From positions 25,234,001 to 25,298,000 of the forward strand of contig OZ260667.1 of NCBI GenBank assembly GCA_965285935.1: a DNA stretch of 64,000 nt, written 5' to 3'. Shown here in pieces: positions 37,231 through 50,039 of this stretch. Every line of letters starts with the position of its first letter. Positions within the stretch are counted from its first letter, which is position 1. Source of the DNA: Ophelia neglecta (taxonomy: Eukaryota). Both the position numbers and the translations under genes were made by a program. The notes under the pieces are model-generated. The model did not search any database. It was given only the letters and a program-made list of their open reading frames with translations, and was not told the origin of the DNA.

Positions 37231-39417
37231 CTAGCATCTGGCAGACATACTCATACTGCTGGTGCTGGCCATGGAAGCCGTACTACGTATCTCTTCGATG
37301 TCGTCATCATCAAACATCTCGGCGGCCCTGTTCTCGTAGGTGATGGGCGTGGTATCTGACATCGAGTCTATCGAGGCCAAAAACAGTTGTGACAGATTGT
37401 CTGAATATAACTCTTCCTGCTGCCGCCGGCGTTTGTTAAAACGGCGGACCAGCCATGTGGCCACACACGCCACGCTGACCAGTATGATGAGGAAGGCCGC
37501 GGAGCCTCCGACGATATAACTCCGAACAGATATGACCCCCAAACCTTTATAGTTTTCTTCGCGAGTAGTCACTATTGTACAGTTTATCCGTACAGGGTGG
37601 TCCTCATGCCGCACCGCGATACAGAACTCGTACGCACATTGAGAACACAGTTCGCTAGCAGTATATGTGCGCATGTAGGGCTTTATATAAACATGCTGGT
37701 AGGTGTCGTTGCCGTCACTCTGTCGGTACAGTATCAGGTAGTCGTGAGCGTAACGAGTACTGCGCCACGTCACCGTTACCGCAGATGACGTCACACTTAC
37801 TATGATGACGTTGGCGCGTATATTTTTGACGTGAACTGTAGCAGATTTTTCGTCTCGCCCCCGAGGGTTGGAGGCGAGACAGGTATAAGTCCCGTGGTCC
37901 GTGCCCTGTACGTAGTGTATGTATAGCGTCCCCGTGGCTAACACTTCTATATGCCCGTCCTCTGGTCTGGATCCTGTCTTCAGTAGCCGAACATCATCAT
38001 TGATTAGTCCCGGATGGTGGGAAGGCAGTAGCCAGTTGGTCTGCGGTTTGGGAATGCCCACTGCTCGACAGTCGAGACGAATCTTATCCCCAAGTACCGT
38101 GTTATATTCCCGGGAGAAGAGGGGCAGCAAGCGGGGCTGACAAGAGCCCTGCAGTGACCCCAATGCGTCTTTGTCGCCCTCGAGCCGTGTTCCCTGTAGG
38201 TCAGGCGGTCCAGCGCACACCACTTCCCCGGGTACCTCCAGGGACAGATTACTCTTGCCCTCCACAACCAGCCAACCCAAAGTACAGTCACAAAACATAG
38301 GGTTGCCGTATAAGCTGAGGGATTTGAGCTGTGGCATGGTAGCCACGATGCCGCTTTCTACTGTGCTCAGATTGTTGTTGTGTAAATGGATAGTGGCTAG
38401 TTTGGGGAGGGAAAGGAATGCCTCCGGGTCTATGTACTGAAGGGCCTTGTTTCCACACATCTCCAACCGAGTTAACAATGGTAACTTTACGAAGGCCCTG
38501 GCATTTACCATTTCTAACATGGGCAGGGAGGTGAGTTTTAGCACTGTCACATTACACGACTGAATACTCCCTGTCTCAAGCCGGAGGAAGTGATTCCCAC
38601 TCATGTCCAGTGTCGAAATATTTGAGAATTTTTGCAATGCCATGGTGGGCACCTCGTTCAGATGGTTCTCTGCGAGGTTAAGCTCCAATAATAAAGGATC
38701 ACGCCCAAAAGCATCCTCATGTATATGTTTAAGCTGATTATTTTTCAATAACAACACCCGTAGGCTTGGCAGGCCACTAAAGGCACCGCTCTCCAACTGG
38801 TGAATATTATTGTCCTCCATATTCAGAGTTTCTAGTGACTGCAGGTCAAGCCACCATGTTTTTTTGATCGCAAATATTCTGTTTCCATGGAGATCTAATG
38901 ATATCAAATGAAATAGCCCGCGAAAAGCATCCGCGTGCATCAGTTCTATCTTGTTGTTGGCTACACAGAGGTGGGCGAGGGCGGGTAGAAGTGTAAAGCT
39001 ACGGTTGTGCAGGTAGTCGATTTGGTTTTGGTTTAGCACCAGATACTGCAGTGTTGGAATTAATACCGGCCAGTCTTCAACACTGTATATGTGATTATTA
39101 GTAAGGTCGAGTTCTGACAGGTTAGCCAGCTGTATTATCTTACCCAGAGTTTCTACCCGGATTCTGTCGGCAGCGAGGACAAGGCTTTCTGTGCCGCTGG
39201 TGATGTTGTGCGGCAAAACGGTGAGAAGAGTACGTCCACAGTCAACAGTTCGCCGCCGGGTTTGGGACAGGGAACTGAGTCTGACCTCACAAACACAAGA
39301 CGCCGGGCAATAAGGAGGCCACTGCGCATGGGTAGAATCCGTCTCATTAGTCCGGTTCCCTGTCCCGGAAGTGCCCATCACCATGAAAATCGCCAGTAAG
39401 CAAAAACTCAACCCCAT
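37231..39417 (-). CDS. LRRN: Leucine-rich repeat neuronal protein (LRRN/NLRR family): signal-LRRNT-LRRs-LRRCT-Ig-FN3-TM-cytoplasmic tail, single coding exon, 728 aa
   Basis: Uninterrupted ORF. The track's start at 39432 is TTG; the first in-frame ATG is at 39417 (MGLSFCLLAIFMVMG, signal peptide), with an in-frame TAG near 39460. LRRNT CPASCVC...VDC. About a dozen LxxLxLxxNxI repeats. LRRCT GNPMFCDC...CAGP...CQP. Ig LDCRAVGIPKPQTNW...DHGTYTCLASN. FN3 VTVTW...YEFCI. TM YIVGGSAAFLIILVSVACVATWLV followed by RRFNKRRR. Minus-strand AATAAA at 37117-37112. Confidence 0.93.
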   Translation of the reverse strand: MGLSFCLLAIFMVMGTSGTGNRTNETDSTHAQWPPYCPASCVCEVRLSSLSQTRRRTVDCGRTLLTVLPHNITSGTESLVLAADRIRVETLGKIIQLANLSELDLTNNHIYSVEDWPVLIPTLQYLVLNQNQIDYLHNRSFTLLPALAHLCVANNKIELMHADAFRGLFHLISLDLHGNRIFAIKKTWWLDLQSLETLNMEDNNIHQLESGAFSGLPSLRVLLLKNNQLKHIHEDAFGRDPLLLELNLAENHLNEVPTMALQKFSNISTLDMSGNHFLRLETGSIQSCNVTVLKLTSLPMLEMVNARAFVKLPLLTRLEMCGNKALQYIDPEAFLSLPKLATIHLHNNNLSTVESGIVATMPQLKSLSLYGNPMFCDCTLGWLVVEGKSNLSLEVPGEVVCAGPPDLQGTRLEGDKDALGSLQGSCQPRLLPLFSREYNTVLGDKIRLDCRAVGIPKPQTNWLLPSHHPGLINDDVRLLKTGSRPEDGHIEVLATGTLYIHYVQGTDHGTYTCLASNPRGRDEKSATVHVKNIRANVIIVSVTSSAVTVTWRSTRYAHDYLILYRQSDGNDTYQHVYIKPYMRTYTASELCSQCAYEFCIAVRHEDHPVRINCTIVTTREENYKGLGVISVRSYIVGGSAAFLIILVSVACVATWLVRRFNKRRRQQEELYSDNLSQLFLASIDSMSDTTPITYENRAAEMFDDDDIEEIRSTASMASTSSMSMSARC

Positions 39418-42400
39418 CTTGATGACAGACAATGGACTGAACCTTGAGCAGCCATGAAACTAAATGGCTATATCGCAAGTGAGAATAATAGCAATGTTTT
39501 GATTCAAATTTTAGTCTGATGCCACAAGATGGACTTTAGGATGCAATTACCAAAGCATCTGTTTAACGTGTCCGTTGGACCAGTGGAAGTCACATTGTTA
39601 ATATGGTGAGATCGAATGAGGTGAGCTCTCTTACTCACGTCCCGTGGGAGAGCACGGGATCGAGGTGCCCGCTCGTTTCCTAGGAGACGAACATGCTAAA
39701 TCAGTTAGGCGTCATAAGTGCCAATTGGTAATCGTGTTTCGTTATTCGTGTCCTTACACGACGGCCGAAGTCGCTCGCACGCTGGCAGCAGCCAGAATAC
39801 CCCGAGGCGGGATATCACGACTTACTCTGAGCTGGCCAACTACCAAGCTTACCAATATCAATATAGCTACCGATAAATAATGAGGGCACTGTGCCGACAG
39901 CCTTAATTCAATAGAGTAGTGTAATCCCCAACGGGACGAGACTCTCGCAAATCACGCTGGCGTCTCGGGATCCCTGTTGTATTGATGGATCCTTAGTCAT
40001 TTTCACTAACTCTCACGTTCTCTCATTTCCGTTGGCAAGCCTTCAACCACGGAAAAGCTCCATATTTCTGTTCCGCAGTTCGTGCGGTGGGCGGTGCTGT
40101 TTGTTTTAGACCGCAACTGCGAATATATGACGCTAATATCGTAAATCCTAGTGTAATCACGCCGGAAACTGATTGCACGTGACCGTTGCTGTGATCTCGC
40201 GAGTGCGCAGATGGCTTTACTAGAAATGAGTCAGTTCCACGCACCTCACTATCACTACATCGGACACCCTGAAAGCAGATCCAATTCAATCCGGGCTGTA
40301 CTAGTGGCTGGTGCCTGGTAGTGTTTGTACAAGATGAGAACTCCTGGTTTCAGATCAAACAACTAAAGGCAGGCAGACGACATTATGAGGCATATCAGAC
40401 GAGACGATTATTGCACTAGACACGTTTTCCTTTGTCAAGCTTGTCACTCTCTGCATTTATTTGTTGACAGAGAATATTATCTCACAGGTTCCTCGTTCTG
40501 TCGGCCACTTGAGCAAAGAGACTCCAGATATCAACTACCGGAATTCACAATAATCCACATGCAGCTCTCGCGAAGACAGACTACTTAAACAGTCAAAAAA
40601 TCGCAGAGCAAATTCCCAGGTCAGTGGTAAAGCCGGTTAACTTTAGTTTCCAAGCCCATCAAGCAGTCGTGAACGCTTCTCTTATCTTGTGTTCGCAGGT
40701 CACCTTTATCAGACATCAGTGGCAATCTGAAAGAGAAAATATCCAATTAACCTGCGGCGAATTCTAACAATTTTAGGCTAGCATTCAATGGTTGAAGGTA
40801 CTAAATCCATTACCTACCCAACCTGCGTAATGTATTTATGATATATTGCGTCGATAAGCGTAATTGGGTCTGACGACGTGCCAGTCAAACCTAAGGCTGG
40901 GGGCTGTTTGAAAGAGTCAGGGCATTCCTCTCGTTTGAACAGTTCTCCCTCTTTCCCTCTAAGTTTAGAAGCGATATGCTATCTCACGGGGTGGGTAACG
41001 GACTTATAGCCACCTCTAGTCCACCTCCCTTGACCGGACTCTTTCACCCATACAAGAACTGCCCATGGATCTGACGTATATAGTCGAATCCGTCTTTTGC
41101 GTTGGCACTTTGTTTTGGGTGGTCTGTACACCAAGCAGAATCCTCATGCTGTGGCAAAACAAAATGAGACAGGTTTCGCACACTTACCTGGAAAAACGTG
41201 GGCTCAGCCGGGCAATGTATTATTTTAGTATGTTTTTTATCGCTGTGCTCAGCAGGATATGCTATAAAACTTGGAAGTCATGTGGGAGAAGTGGAAAATA
41301 ACCTTCACTGGAGGTTGGATGTATACACGTTAATCTCCGGGCTTTTGGTACCGTTAAAGCTAACACTCCTGGTTCTGGGCTCCATTGAGCGACAAGGGGT
41401 GGTAAACATAATATATATGTAACTAGTTTTAGACTTTATCTGCAGTTAACTAAACCAGGATAGAAGATCCCCGATCGAAACAGAGTAAGATCTTATAACC
41501 TATTTACATGATATGTTTACTCGAGCAGTCCATGTTTATTAATGTTTGTTAACATACGCAAACTCAGCTATAGGCTTATGCGTTTTGTTGTTAATAGCTT
41601 ATCGACATACATACATAGATTGTTGACCTTGTCACTTAAGGATATGCCACGAATGTAGCACTAGACAAGGTTCCAATACATAGCCGTATGTTAGGCTCTG
41701 AAACTTTCAACTGAATATACAACATCATTGCCATATTAAACGCAATCAGGTATGCGAGTACATGTATATTGAAATCGATACTCTGCATTTGCGCTCCACG
41801 AACTAGGATTTATGTGAATTGATGGCATTGTTTGTGTTACACATACACTTAGATGATACTTAGAAAATGTCAACGTCCCTTGCTTTTTTGGAATCAAAAA
41901 GTTGCCTTGTGTCAGCCATGAGCAAACATTTGCAAAAAAAAAGAACTAAACCTGGTGTAGGATTTGGGTTTTTGGGGCTTAACGACACTGGTGCTAGGCC
42001 ATTATTATTTGGTGGAAAGTCACTCTCTTTAGACACTCTCAGGGAATAATGGTTGATAAATGAAGTGATAAATTGTCATAGGCCGAATTAGTTTTTGTGC
42101 TAAACAGACTTGCAGGGAACGAGTCTCTCGACCAGGAATTTCCGGCTGTATTCATATCATTTCTAGGAAGAAATCAGCAATCCCAAATAAAATTCAGGTT
42201 TTACAAAAAGTATGTGTATATAATGTGCATAAACAAGTATTATTTTTGTCTGTGGGTGTATATGCCTAAAATAATTCGAAACTCAGCAAACACAACTCAG
42301 ATTACAAGAATGGCCCAATCAGCAGTTAACTAAACCGAGGCGGAAGAGTTTCTTTGAAGTTCAGATTACATTCAGATCAAGTTCCCTGTATCTATCAACC

Positions 42401-44825
42401 TTGCTGATCTGCAGACTTTTTAAAGTAAACACAAACCACCCGATATCGCAAAATTATGTTTATATCTCGTACCATGCGGCAATTTCAGATATAGATTTTA
42501 ACACTGCCCTATCTAGACGGGGCTTGATGTCTGCTGAGTCTACAGGTGTCATAAGCAAGGAGCACAAAGTCCCGCGAGACGAGACTCACAAGAAATAAAC
42601 CTCTGGGGAGGGCCTGCTCGATCTCATTGCAACTCCCTGCTCGTTTTTTTGTCGTTTCTTGTGTGTGTGTGTGTTTTTTGTTATATGAATAAACACACAT
42701 TTATGTGTGATTTATTGGCAATGCTAGGTGGGTTTGTTTGCGGGCATAATCGTGAGGATCCGAGCTCGGCATGTCAAAATAAATGCACTTAGGGTATGAT
42801 TCTGAAACGAGAATCCTTCAATCGGAGAGGATTTGACCTCGCTGTTTGCCAGCCCACCATTTTATTTATTGCATGAGGGAACTTCCTGCTGATTACCGAT
42901 TCCGAAAACACCGCTATTACAAATCAAATTGATGTCATGTCGGCAAACTTTTTACCAAATGCTCTCCCTCAAGTAGTCAATGGAAGTCGGTTTGCCTTTC
43001 CACATTTCGATTTGTTCAGTCCATGGCCACCTGGCCCGAGTTGACGTACACGGTTTACGGGTGTTCCCGGGTCGTCTGCTGTTATCCCATCGGTCCGAAG
43101 TCTTGTACATGACATCACCTTGTGATGGCGTCTCCTGCAGATACACAAGCCCATTCTAAACACCCGTATCCTCGTGCTTCTTTCATCCGCTTCATTTACT
43201 TCTGACGGTCGATTGGTTAAATATGCATACGTAGCGTTATTTGTGACGCATCGCAGCACCCTGTACTCGTACCTCACCGGATCTCAAATCACATACAGTG
43301 TTTACTTAGAGCTACGGAGATCAATAAAATGGCAGTTATACGGGGTCAGAACTTATCGCTTATTTTATATAAGTATAAATGCTTTCAATGGTTACTATAG
43401 TTAAACCTACTATAATAACACTAACATTTAGCAACACTTTTCGTCTAAATACTTGGATATGCTGGTAATATAGAGTTAATCTTAAATGTAAAGGTATGAT
43501 CTTCGACGAGGTCCAAGTTTGGTCTAAATATGAAAAAGCGCAGCCTTGTGCTTTAGGAGTGGATTACCCTTTTGATTTTACTAAGACGGCGAGCATGAAA
43601 AGCTTACACGGCTTGTGTAGGATCAGGAGCAAAGCGCAATGAATCCTGGCGAGGATAGCCCATCCCTGTCACTCTGCTTAGCCTAAGAGTTTCTCCGGTG
43701 ATTATATGCCTAAAATATTATAACTATGCCAACATGGACGGATTGAAGTTAGAATCGAAGTTGGGGAACCTCACAAGCAAGTATGAATATTTCTTTGACA
43801 TTGAGTTGCTTTTCACTTCGATGCACCTCAGATTGTTGGTGCTCGATGAGAAGATAAACGACGTGTTGAAGATATATGGGCCCGAAGCCTTATAATAGCA
43901 CATAAATTTGACTGTTATTACTACCGAGATGTGACTGAGAAACAGCCAGTCGTTCATCACCAGCCTACAGGGGAAGGAAGGGGGAAGGAGACCAATCATC
44001 ACCGCGTTCCTCTTCTCTTCAGATGAGTGCGCCAAAATGGTCGCCGGAGTAAAATCACAAAATAAATCTCATATATCTTGCTTCCCGGGGCGAAACATCA
44101 TAAAGCACTTTTGCCGTGTATCGCAGTGCCCAAAACATGAGCCTCAAGCCATACAAATTATTACCTAGAAAATGGCAATAGCTGGTTAGATGGGATGCTT
44201 GTCCCGAAGGTGTTTGGGAGATGGGGTACTGATGGGCTCCTAATGCTCCTAACTCACTAAGCAGGGAGTACAATGTGCCTCGCTTCTTAAAGTAATGTGT
44301 ACTGGTCTCTTGAAGTAAATACACCGGTATAAAATGCTCTCATGTCCTTGAAGTGCGTACGATAGTGCAAGCGCAATGTCTCTATTTGATAAAACAGTAA
44401 AAACTAGCAATTGCATATTTTAAATTTAATTTCGTCCTAAAATTAATGGTGGAAGCTGTTGTAACACCGATAAAAATTTTGCAATCTTGGAAAACATCTT
44501 CCACTTTACAACGCTTGAATGAGAGGAATGTTTCAATATGAAACGTAAACCTTTAAATTCGTGTTTCGAATGGCCAATATACTAAAAATAAACTAAAATC
44601 CGTAAATTTGGCCTCAGTTTCGTGCAAATTCATGACACAAATTAACTAGCTTTACAATGTTTTATCGATAATTTCAAAGCTTTAGAAACGAAAGAAAGCG
44701 CCAGGAAGTCGTTCTTGGAGGAGAACATTGCGGGAACGCATATAGTGCCTAAAAACTGATACCTAGAGGTAACGATTCTTAAAGGATATGTGATTCCTTG
44801 AGATCTGACAACGGTTCCCCCAAAA

Positions 44826-45980
44826 AACAATTCCTAAAGGAAGTGATTCTGAATCAAAGCGATTGCTGGTGGGGTCGAGAAGAAAAGAGTCAATTGCATG
44901 GAGGTAAGCAATGGAGCAAGGGATTGCTGGAGGACCCTATTTACAAAGGATGTTAATCCAAGAGGAACATATTCCTGTGGGTAAGCGTGTCCTGAAGAAA
45001 CCGATTCCTGTAGAATCCAAGAGGAAGCAATCCTCGGAGAAAGCGATTGCTAGAAAAAGTGGATGCTCGAGGAAGCAATTCCGCGAGAAAGCGATTGCTG
45101 GGAGGTAAGCAACATTATGGAGGAAGGGATAGCTGGAGGAGGGGATTGCTACAAGAATTAAAACCACGAAGTCCTCATTCCTGTAGGGAAGCTTGAGGAA
45201 CCCATTCCTTGAGAAAGTGAATCCAGCCGGGAAGACGCGATTGGTTGATAAAGTGTTTGTTGGAGTCTGCAAAGGGATTGCTGGAGGGAGAGAATTCTGA
45301 AGGAAGAAAATCCCGGAAAAGAGCGATTGCTTGAGAAAACAAATGTCGGGGGAAGCAATTCCCGCATACAGCCATTGCTGGAAGGTAAGTAATGGAGAAA
45401 GGGTATGCTGGAAAACGTGATTGCTGTAGGAAGTTAATCCAGGAGAAACTGACTCCTGTGGGGGAACCGATTCCTGGAGAAGGTGATTCCACTTGGGAAG
45501 ACGTGATTGATGGAGGGAACAATCCCCGGAGAAAGCGATAGCTGGAGAAAGCGAAAACCATAGAAAAACAGTCCCTGGAGAAGGCGATTGTCGGAGGAAT
45601 CAACCACAGGAGGAATCGATAGATGAAGGAAGCAATCCCTGAAGAAAGCTAAATTTTTGAGGAAGCAATCGCTGAAAAAGCGATTACTGGAGGAAACAAT
45701 ACTTGCAAAAAACGATTGCTAGAGAGCGCGAATGTCAAAGGAAGCAATCACTGGAGAAACGGATATTTTTGGGGGAGCAATCACTGGAGAATGCAATTTC
45801 GCATTAAGATATCTCTGGAGTAAGCGATTGTTGGAGAAAACAATTTCTGGAAATGGCGTTTGCTGGAGGAAGTTGCCCATGAAGAAAGCGAATGCCGGAG
45901 GAATAGATTGAAGGAAACGAATCTAAGACAAATTTATTGCTGCAAGAAGCTAGTTTGGGAGGAAGCGATTCCTTGAAGAA
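44826..45980 (+). repeat. Degenerate purine-rich minisatellite; ~15-16 bp subunits forming ~31 bp dimers (GGAAGCAATCCCTGGA-GAAAGCGATTGCTGGA)
   Basis: Many recurrences of aagcgattgctgg and ggaagcaat. Higher-order blocks beginning g(g/a)aggtaag...atggag..aggg recur at 44901, 45101 and 45381. Confidence 0.85.
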
Positions 45981-46052
45981 TCATTTGGAAGCGCCCCCTC
46001 ACCCTTCTACCAATAATTCTTTTAGGTCCAATATTTTTTTTTCTCATTTTTA

Positions 46053-46107
46053 CCCCCCCCCCCCCCCCAACACACACACACACACACACCCCACCACCAC
46101 CACCACC
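46053..46107. repeat. Compound microsatellite: poly-C, (CA)n, (CCA)n
   Basis: Directly visible runs immediately downstream of the minisatellite. Confidence 0.9.
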
Positions 46108-49100
46108 TGGTGTTAAGTACTGATCGCTCTCTTAGCTAATCGAGGAAGTAGTGCGAAAGTGTTGCGAGCTCATAAACCTTTAATTGGTCAGCCATATTAC
46201 GCCTGCTCTAGCTGCTTTCCTCCCCTTTATATGTAGTTCAAAGTCAACATGTAAGAATTTGTCCCTCAGTCTAGGACCCACTGAGTAGACAAATATCCGC
46301 TTCTATTTATACTAGGAAACCAGTTGTTGCAGAGCTCCAAACAAATCTATATAACGTTAGTCTGTTATTAGCCATGGCGAAAGTAAATTCTCAAGCTATT
46401 TGCAAATATCTAGGTTTAAAGCGAGCTGACGCCTATTAAGGTTATATTGCGTCCGCCGTGACGTACAGGCCACATATTGAATCTCTCAGTTCACGGAGAA
46501 AATGAAGACATCAATCAAGCCGTCAGTCGTATCGAACGCAGGACACCGTCAAAATGTCAGCGGCGCCACAGTCGGAAAGGGGTTATCAGGAACAACAAGT
46601 CAGTGTTGCCTTCTCTTCATGTGGGCCTATCTATGGAGTATGGACCATTCACATTTCCGTCTCTATGTATATCTCTGTAGATATGTATTGCTTCTATAAG
46701 CTTTGCAGATGCTACATCCAATCACGCCAGGGTTAAAAGGGAGCAACAATCACTCTCTCTATGAAAAGGCCTCATCGCATTTTGGATTCTAGACGGCCCT
46801 GTTTTTCATTGTTAAACGGTTCTGTTGAATAATAGTCTGGTGGACAACACTGCCCTGCCTGTTTTGTATGTCAGTTATCTGGTGGCATTATTTATTGAAA
46901 GGCCCCCTTCCAGAGAAAAATTATCCGCGGAATCCGCAAACAATGCTGTGGGGAGCTTTGACCTTTATCCATTCTTTGCAAACAGATTGACTTAATGGAT
47001 GTCTCATGAACTCAAATAAAATGCACCAAAAGTAGCAAATGGCCATTGTACGTTACAGTATCAGAGACAGCCTTGATATCTCGCCTTCAAACCACGTTCT
47101 GGCCCACGTGACCGATGTAATTAGACGCGATTTGGGTGTTGATCCCATGTATGGCGTTTTTCGTGCGGTGGTAGTAGGCCAATGGAGCCAGTGGACTGTA
47201 TATTCAGCCAGTCTGTTATAGACAGGCAATTACGTGAGGAGACTGCGAAAAACACCTTTTATTGCTAAACAAAACAAGGGCTACCAATCGGTTAAATACT
47301 CTAAGAGAGATTTGCTTTCTTATATTGAATACTACCTCGAACGAAGGTTTTTAGCCATTGTCATTTCAATCCACTTTTCAATTCAACGGCTGATAAATAA
47401 ACCCCTAAAAGGGGTTTTCTACCTGGTCACGAGCAAACAACTGTCTGTTTAGCTTAATGATGATCTCGCGTGTCTAGAGGAGGAAAACAACACGAGTCTT
47501 GCACCACAGCACACGGGGAGATGGCCACCAACAGTAGGAGTCGATACCTCACAGCTACATTAAATGTCTAGTGCCGTTAAGGGATTGAAATGTTAGAGTG
47601 GAAAAAAACCTGATAAATAGCAGTCGATGGAAGCTCCTGCTTTAATGATGCATGGGCAAACTCCAGATGATTCTTTTAGATGGATTCTCTAGAAATTGGA
47701 TCAGGTGATGCTCTGTGGGATAAAATCGTAACTTGCTGCGGGCTATACATACGTTGTAACTGTACATATTTTTTATCTTTATAAACGTTGTATATATACG
47801 TAGGTTGAACACACCACTGGATTGTTTATCTGTCAAAGGAGCTAATTACAGATAAAGTCAAAAATCAACATTTTGTCAGGATGAAACTCCTCATTTTAAG
47901 CCAACCCCTCCAAGGGGTAAGAGGTGTTCAAGGGTCCAAATCCCTCTCGTAAGAAAATATAAACAGCACACTCCCCAAATGAAAAAGATGTCTCCTGTCA
48001 ATCAATCCACGTTCCGCAGGAAGGTACTCAAATCAGTAAAGATACTGTTACTGTGTTATGACCATTTCTGTCTCTTTTTCAGTTCCACCAACACCACCTA
48101 CCTACCTGACCTGCATCGCCGCAAGAAGAAGGACATCAAATGCGTCCATCGGAAATCTGACAGATTCAAAAGTTCATCCTGGATGTCACTGTGTCTCTTT
48201 ACACACATTTACTAACGTTCGTATAGGAAATCAAAACGATTCAGTCTTAAATATCCTATCGGTCCTATCAATAGCGTACTCTTGTTGACTATCAGAGGGT
48301 GTAGAGAAGACAGACTTAATGGTCTATTGCATGCCAATGGTAAATTAAGGGAACTGAACACGCCAAACGACTTTGTAACTCAGATTTATGTATGCTGCAA
48401 CATACGATCTGCAAAGACAAATGCTCCTAATAGATTCTTACTTAATTATATTAGCAAATCTACAATGATTTGTAGAGAGAACCGTGATGGGTTGTTTATA
48501 CAAACTATCTGATCCCTTGGCGATTATCGTATAAAAACTGTTGAGCGCTTGGCAGACTCGCATAAAAATGCCATTGCCGAGTTCTCCACCGCCCGGAATG
48601 CCCCTGTCCCGCACTCCCCGCCGAATGATGGTATCTGCTCCGCATAAGTCAGAGCCATCAAGCCTCTTAATTGCATCACGTACCTTGTTGCTGGGTTAAA
48701 ATTAAGCGAGTGTAATAGCTTTCAAGGATAGTAAAAACGAAGTATAGCTCACCGAACATGAAAACTCGTATTGCGTGCAGGAGGAACGGCGGATTACCCC
48801 AACAGTTACCAGCGATGTCAGTACAAGCTCCATTCACATGTTGTGTCGAATCTAAGGAGCATGATGGATGATAATTGAAGGTACAAATGATATGCTTAAT
48901 AGAGTTAACGTTCGGTTAATAAGCAGATATTTTAGCGAAACATGAGATGGCTTGTTTGGGGCCTTATGTGCCCGACGAATATATATCACTGCAGAGCAAT
49001 GATCTGAAAAAAAAAATGGGAAGGTGTTCCGATACAAATGTGTTGGATGTGGGGCCTCCTCTGGATGGAGAGGGTTCCCAGAGCCAACAGTAGCAAACTT

Positions 49101-50039
49101 AGAAGATAGAAAGTAAAATGAAAAGCCAACCAGGTGTATTACAAATGCCGCGAAAGGTTGTCCTAGTGGGATTACTCCGCGGGGTACCGGAAATTGGCCG
49201 ACCACGGACGTTATTCGGAAGGGAAGCCTCGGGCCAAGCAGATAGTCAAGGGATGTATGACTCTCTAGTCTCGGTATGCTTCCGATGTTTGCTTCCGAAA
49301 GGCAAACATTTAACGCCAACTCGAAGCAACTTTTTTTCTCAATTAGGGTCCAAAATAGAGGTAGAAACAGTCATTTCTCATTCCAGACACGGAGCAGACG
49401 TGTTTGCACACGGGCCACGGTGTTTATACATTAAGCAGTAGAGATGTTGTGAATTGTAGACATTCTGCGCGATTTTCTCGAGGCCCATAGGCGATAGGTC
49501 ATCCGCATTGGCGACCAAGCGTGTAACGGTTTGCTGATCGCTGGCAAACACTGCTCATTCTTATAGGGATTAGACACCATGGAGGCTATACAACCACACA
49601 GGTGAAAGGGAGGTCCACCAGCGACTTGATAACACACAGACCACAGCTAATTTACCTACCTCACAAAGACGCAGAGCCGCCTGTCAATCAGAAGAACCAA
49701 TAATGGGTGTTCTTGCTCAATTCCGAAAGATCCTCTGCCTACGCCCTCCAGTCGTCAAAATACCAGACCGATCCTTGATTCAGGGCCAATTTTGTTTGCC
49801 ATTGGTCATCGACAACTCTGCTTAATATTAACTCACAGCTTAGCTTTCATTTCTGAAAATAACCTTCGGTCGCGAGATCTACCTGTGACTTCAGGTAAAT
49901 AGTCACTACCTTTCGAAATCTTTCAGAGAAAAAATTGATTCTGCATCTGTAGTTAAAGAAAAAACGAACAAGGCTCTCCCAGAATCGAGACCAAAAGCGT
50001 TACATGTGTGATATAAACGAGTCTCTCTATCTGTAACAC

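Noticed and set aside
39418-39432. ORF-track start of LRRN at 39432
   Set aside because: That codon is TTG; the first in-frame ATG is at 39417 and directly begins a signal peptide.
43698-43895. ORF faintly resembling the start of a LINE endonuclease (N..GL..KL)
   Set aside because: The catalytic Glu motif and all downstream domains are missing; the similarity is too weak to call.
44826-45980. CRISPR-like array or repeat-protein gene
   Set aside because: Units are adjacent and degenerate with no unique spacers, the context is eukaryotic with no cas genes, and no reading frame persists across the array.
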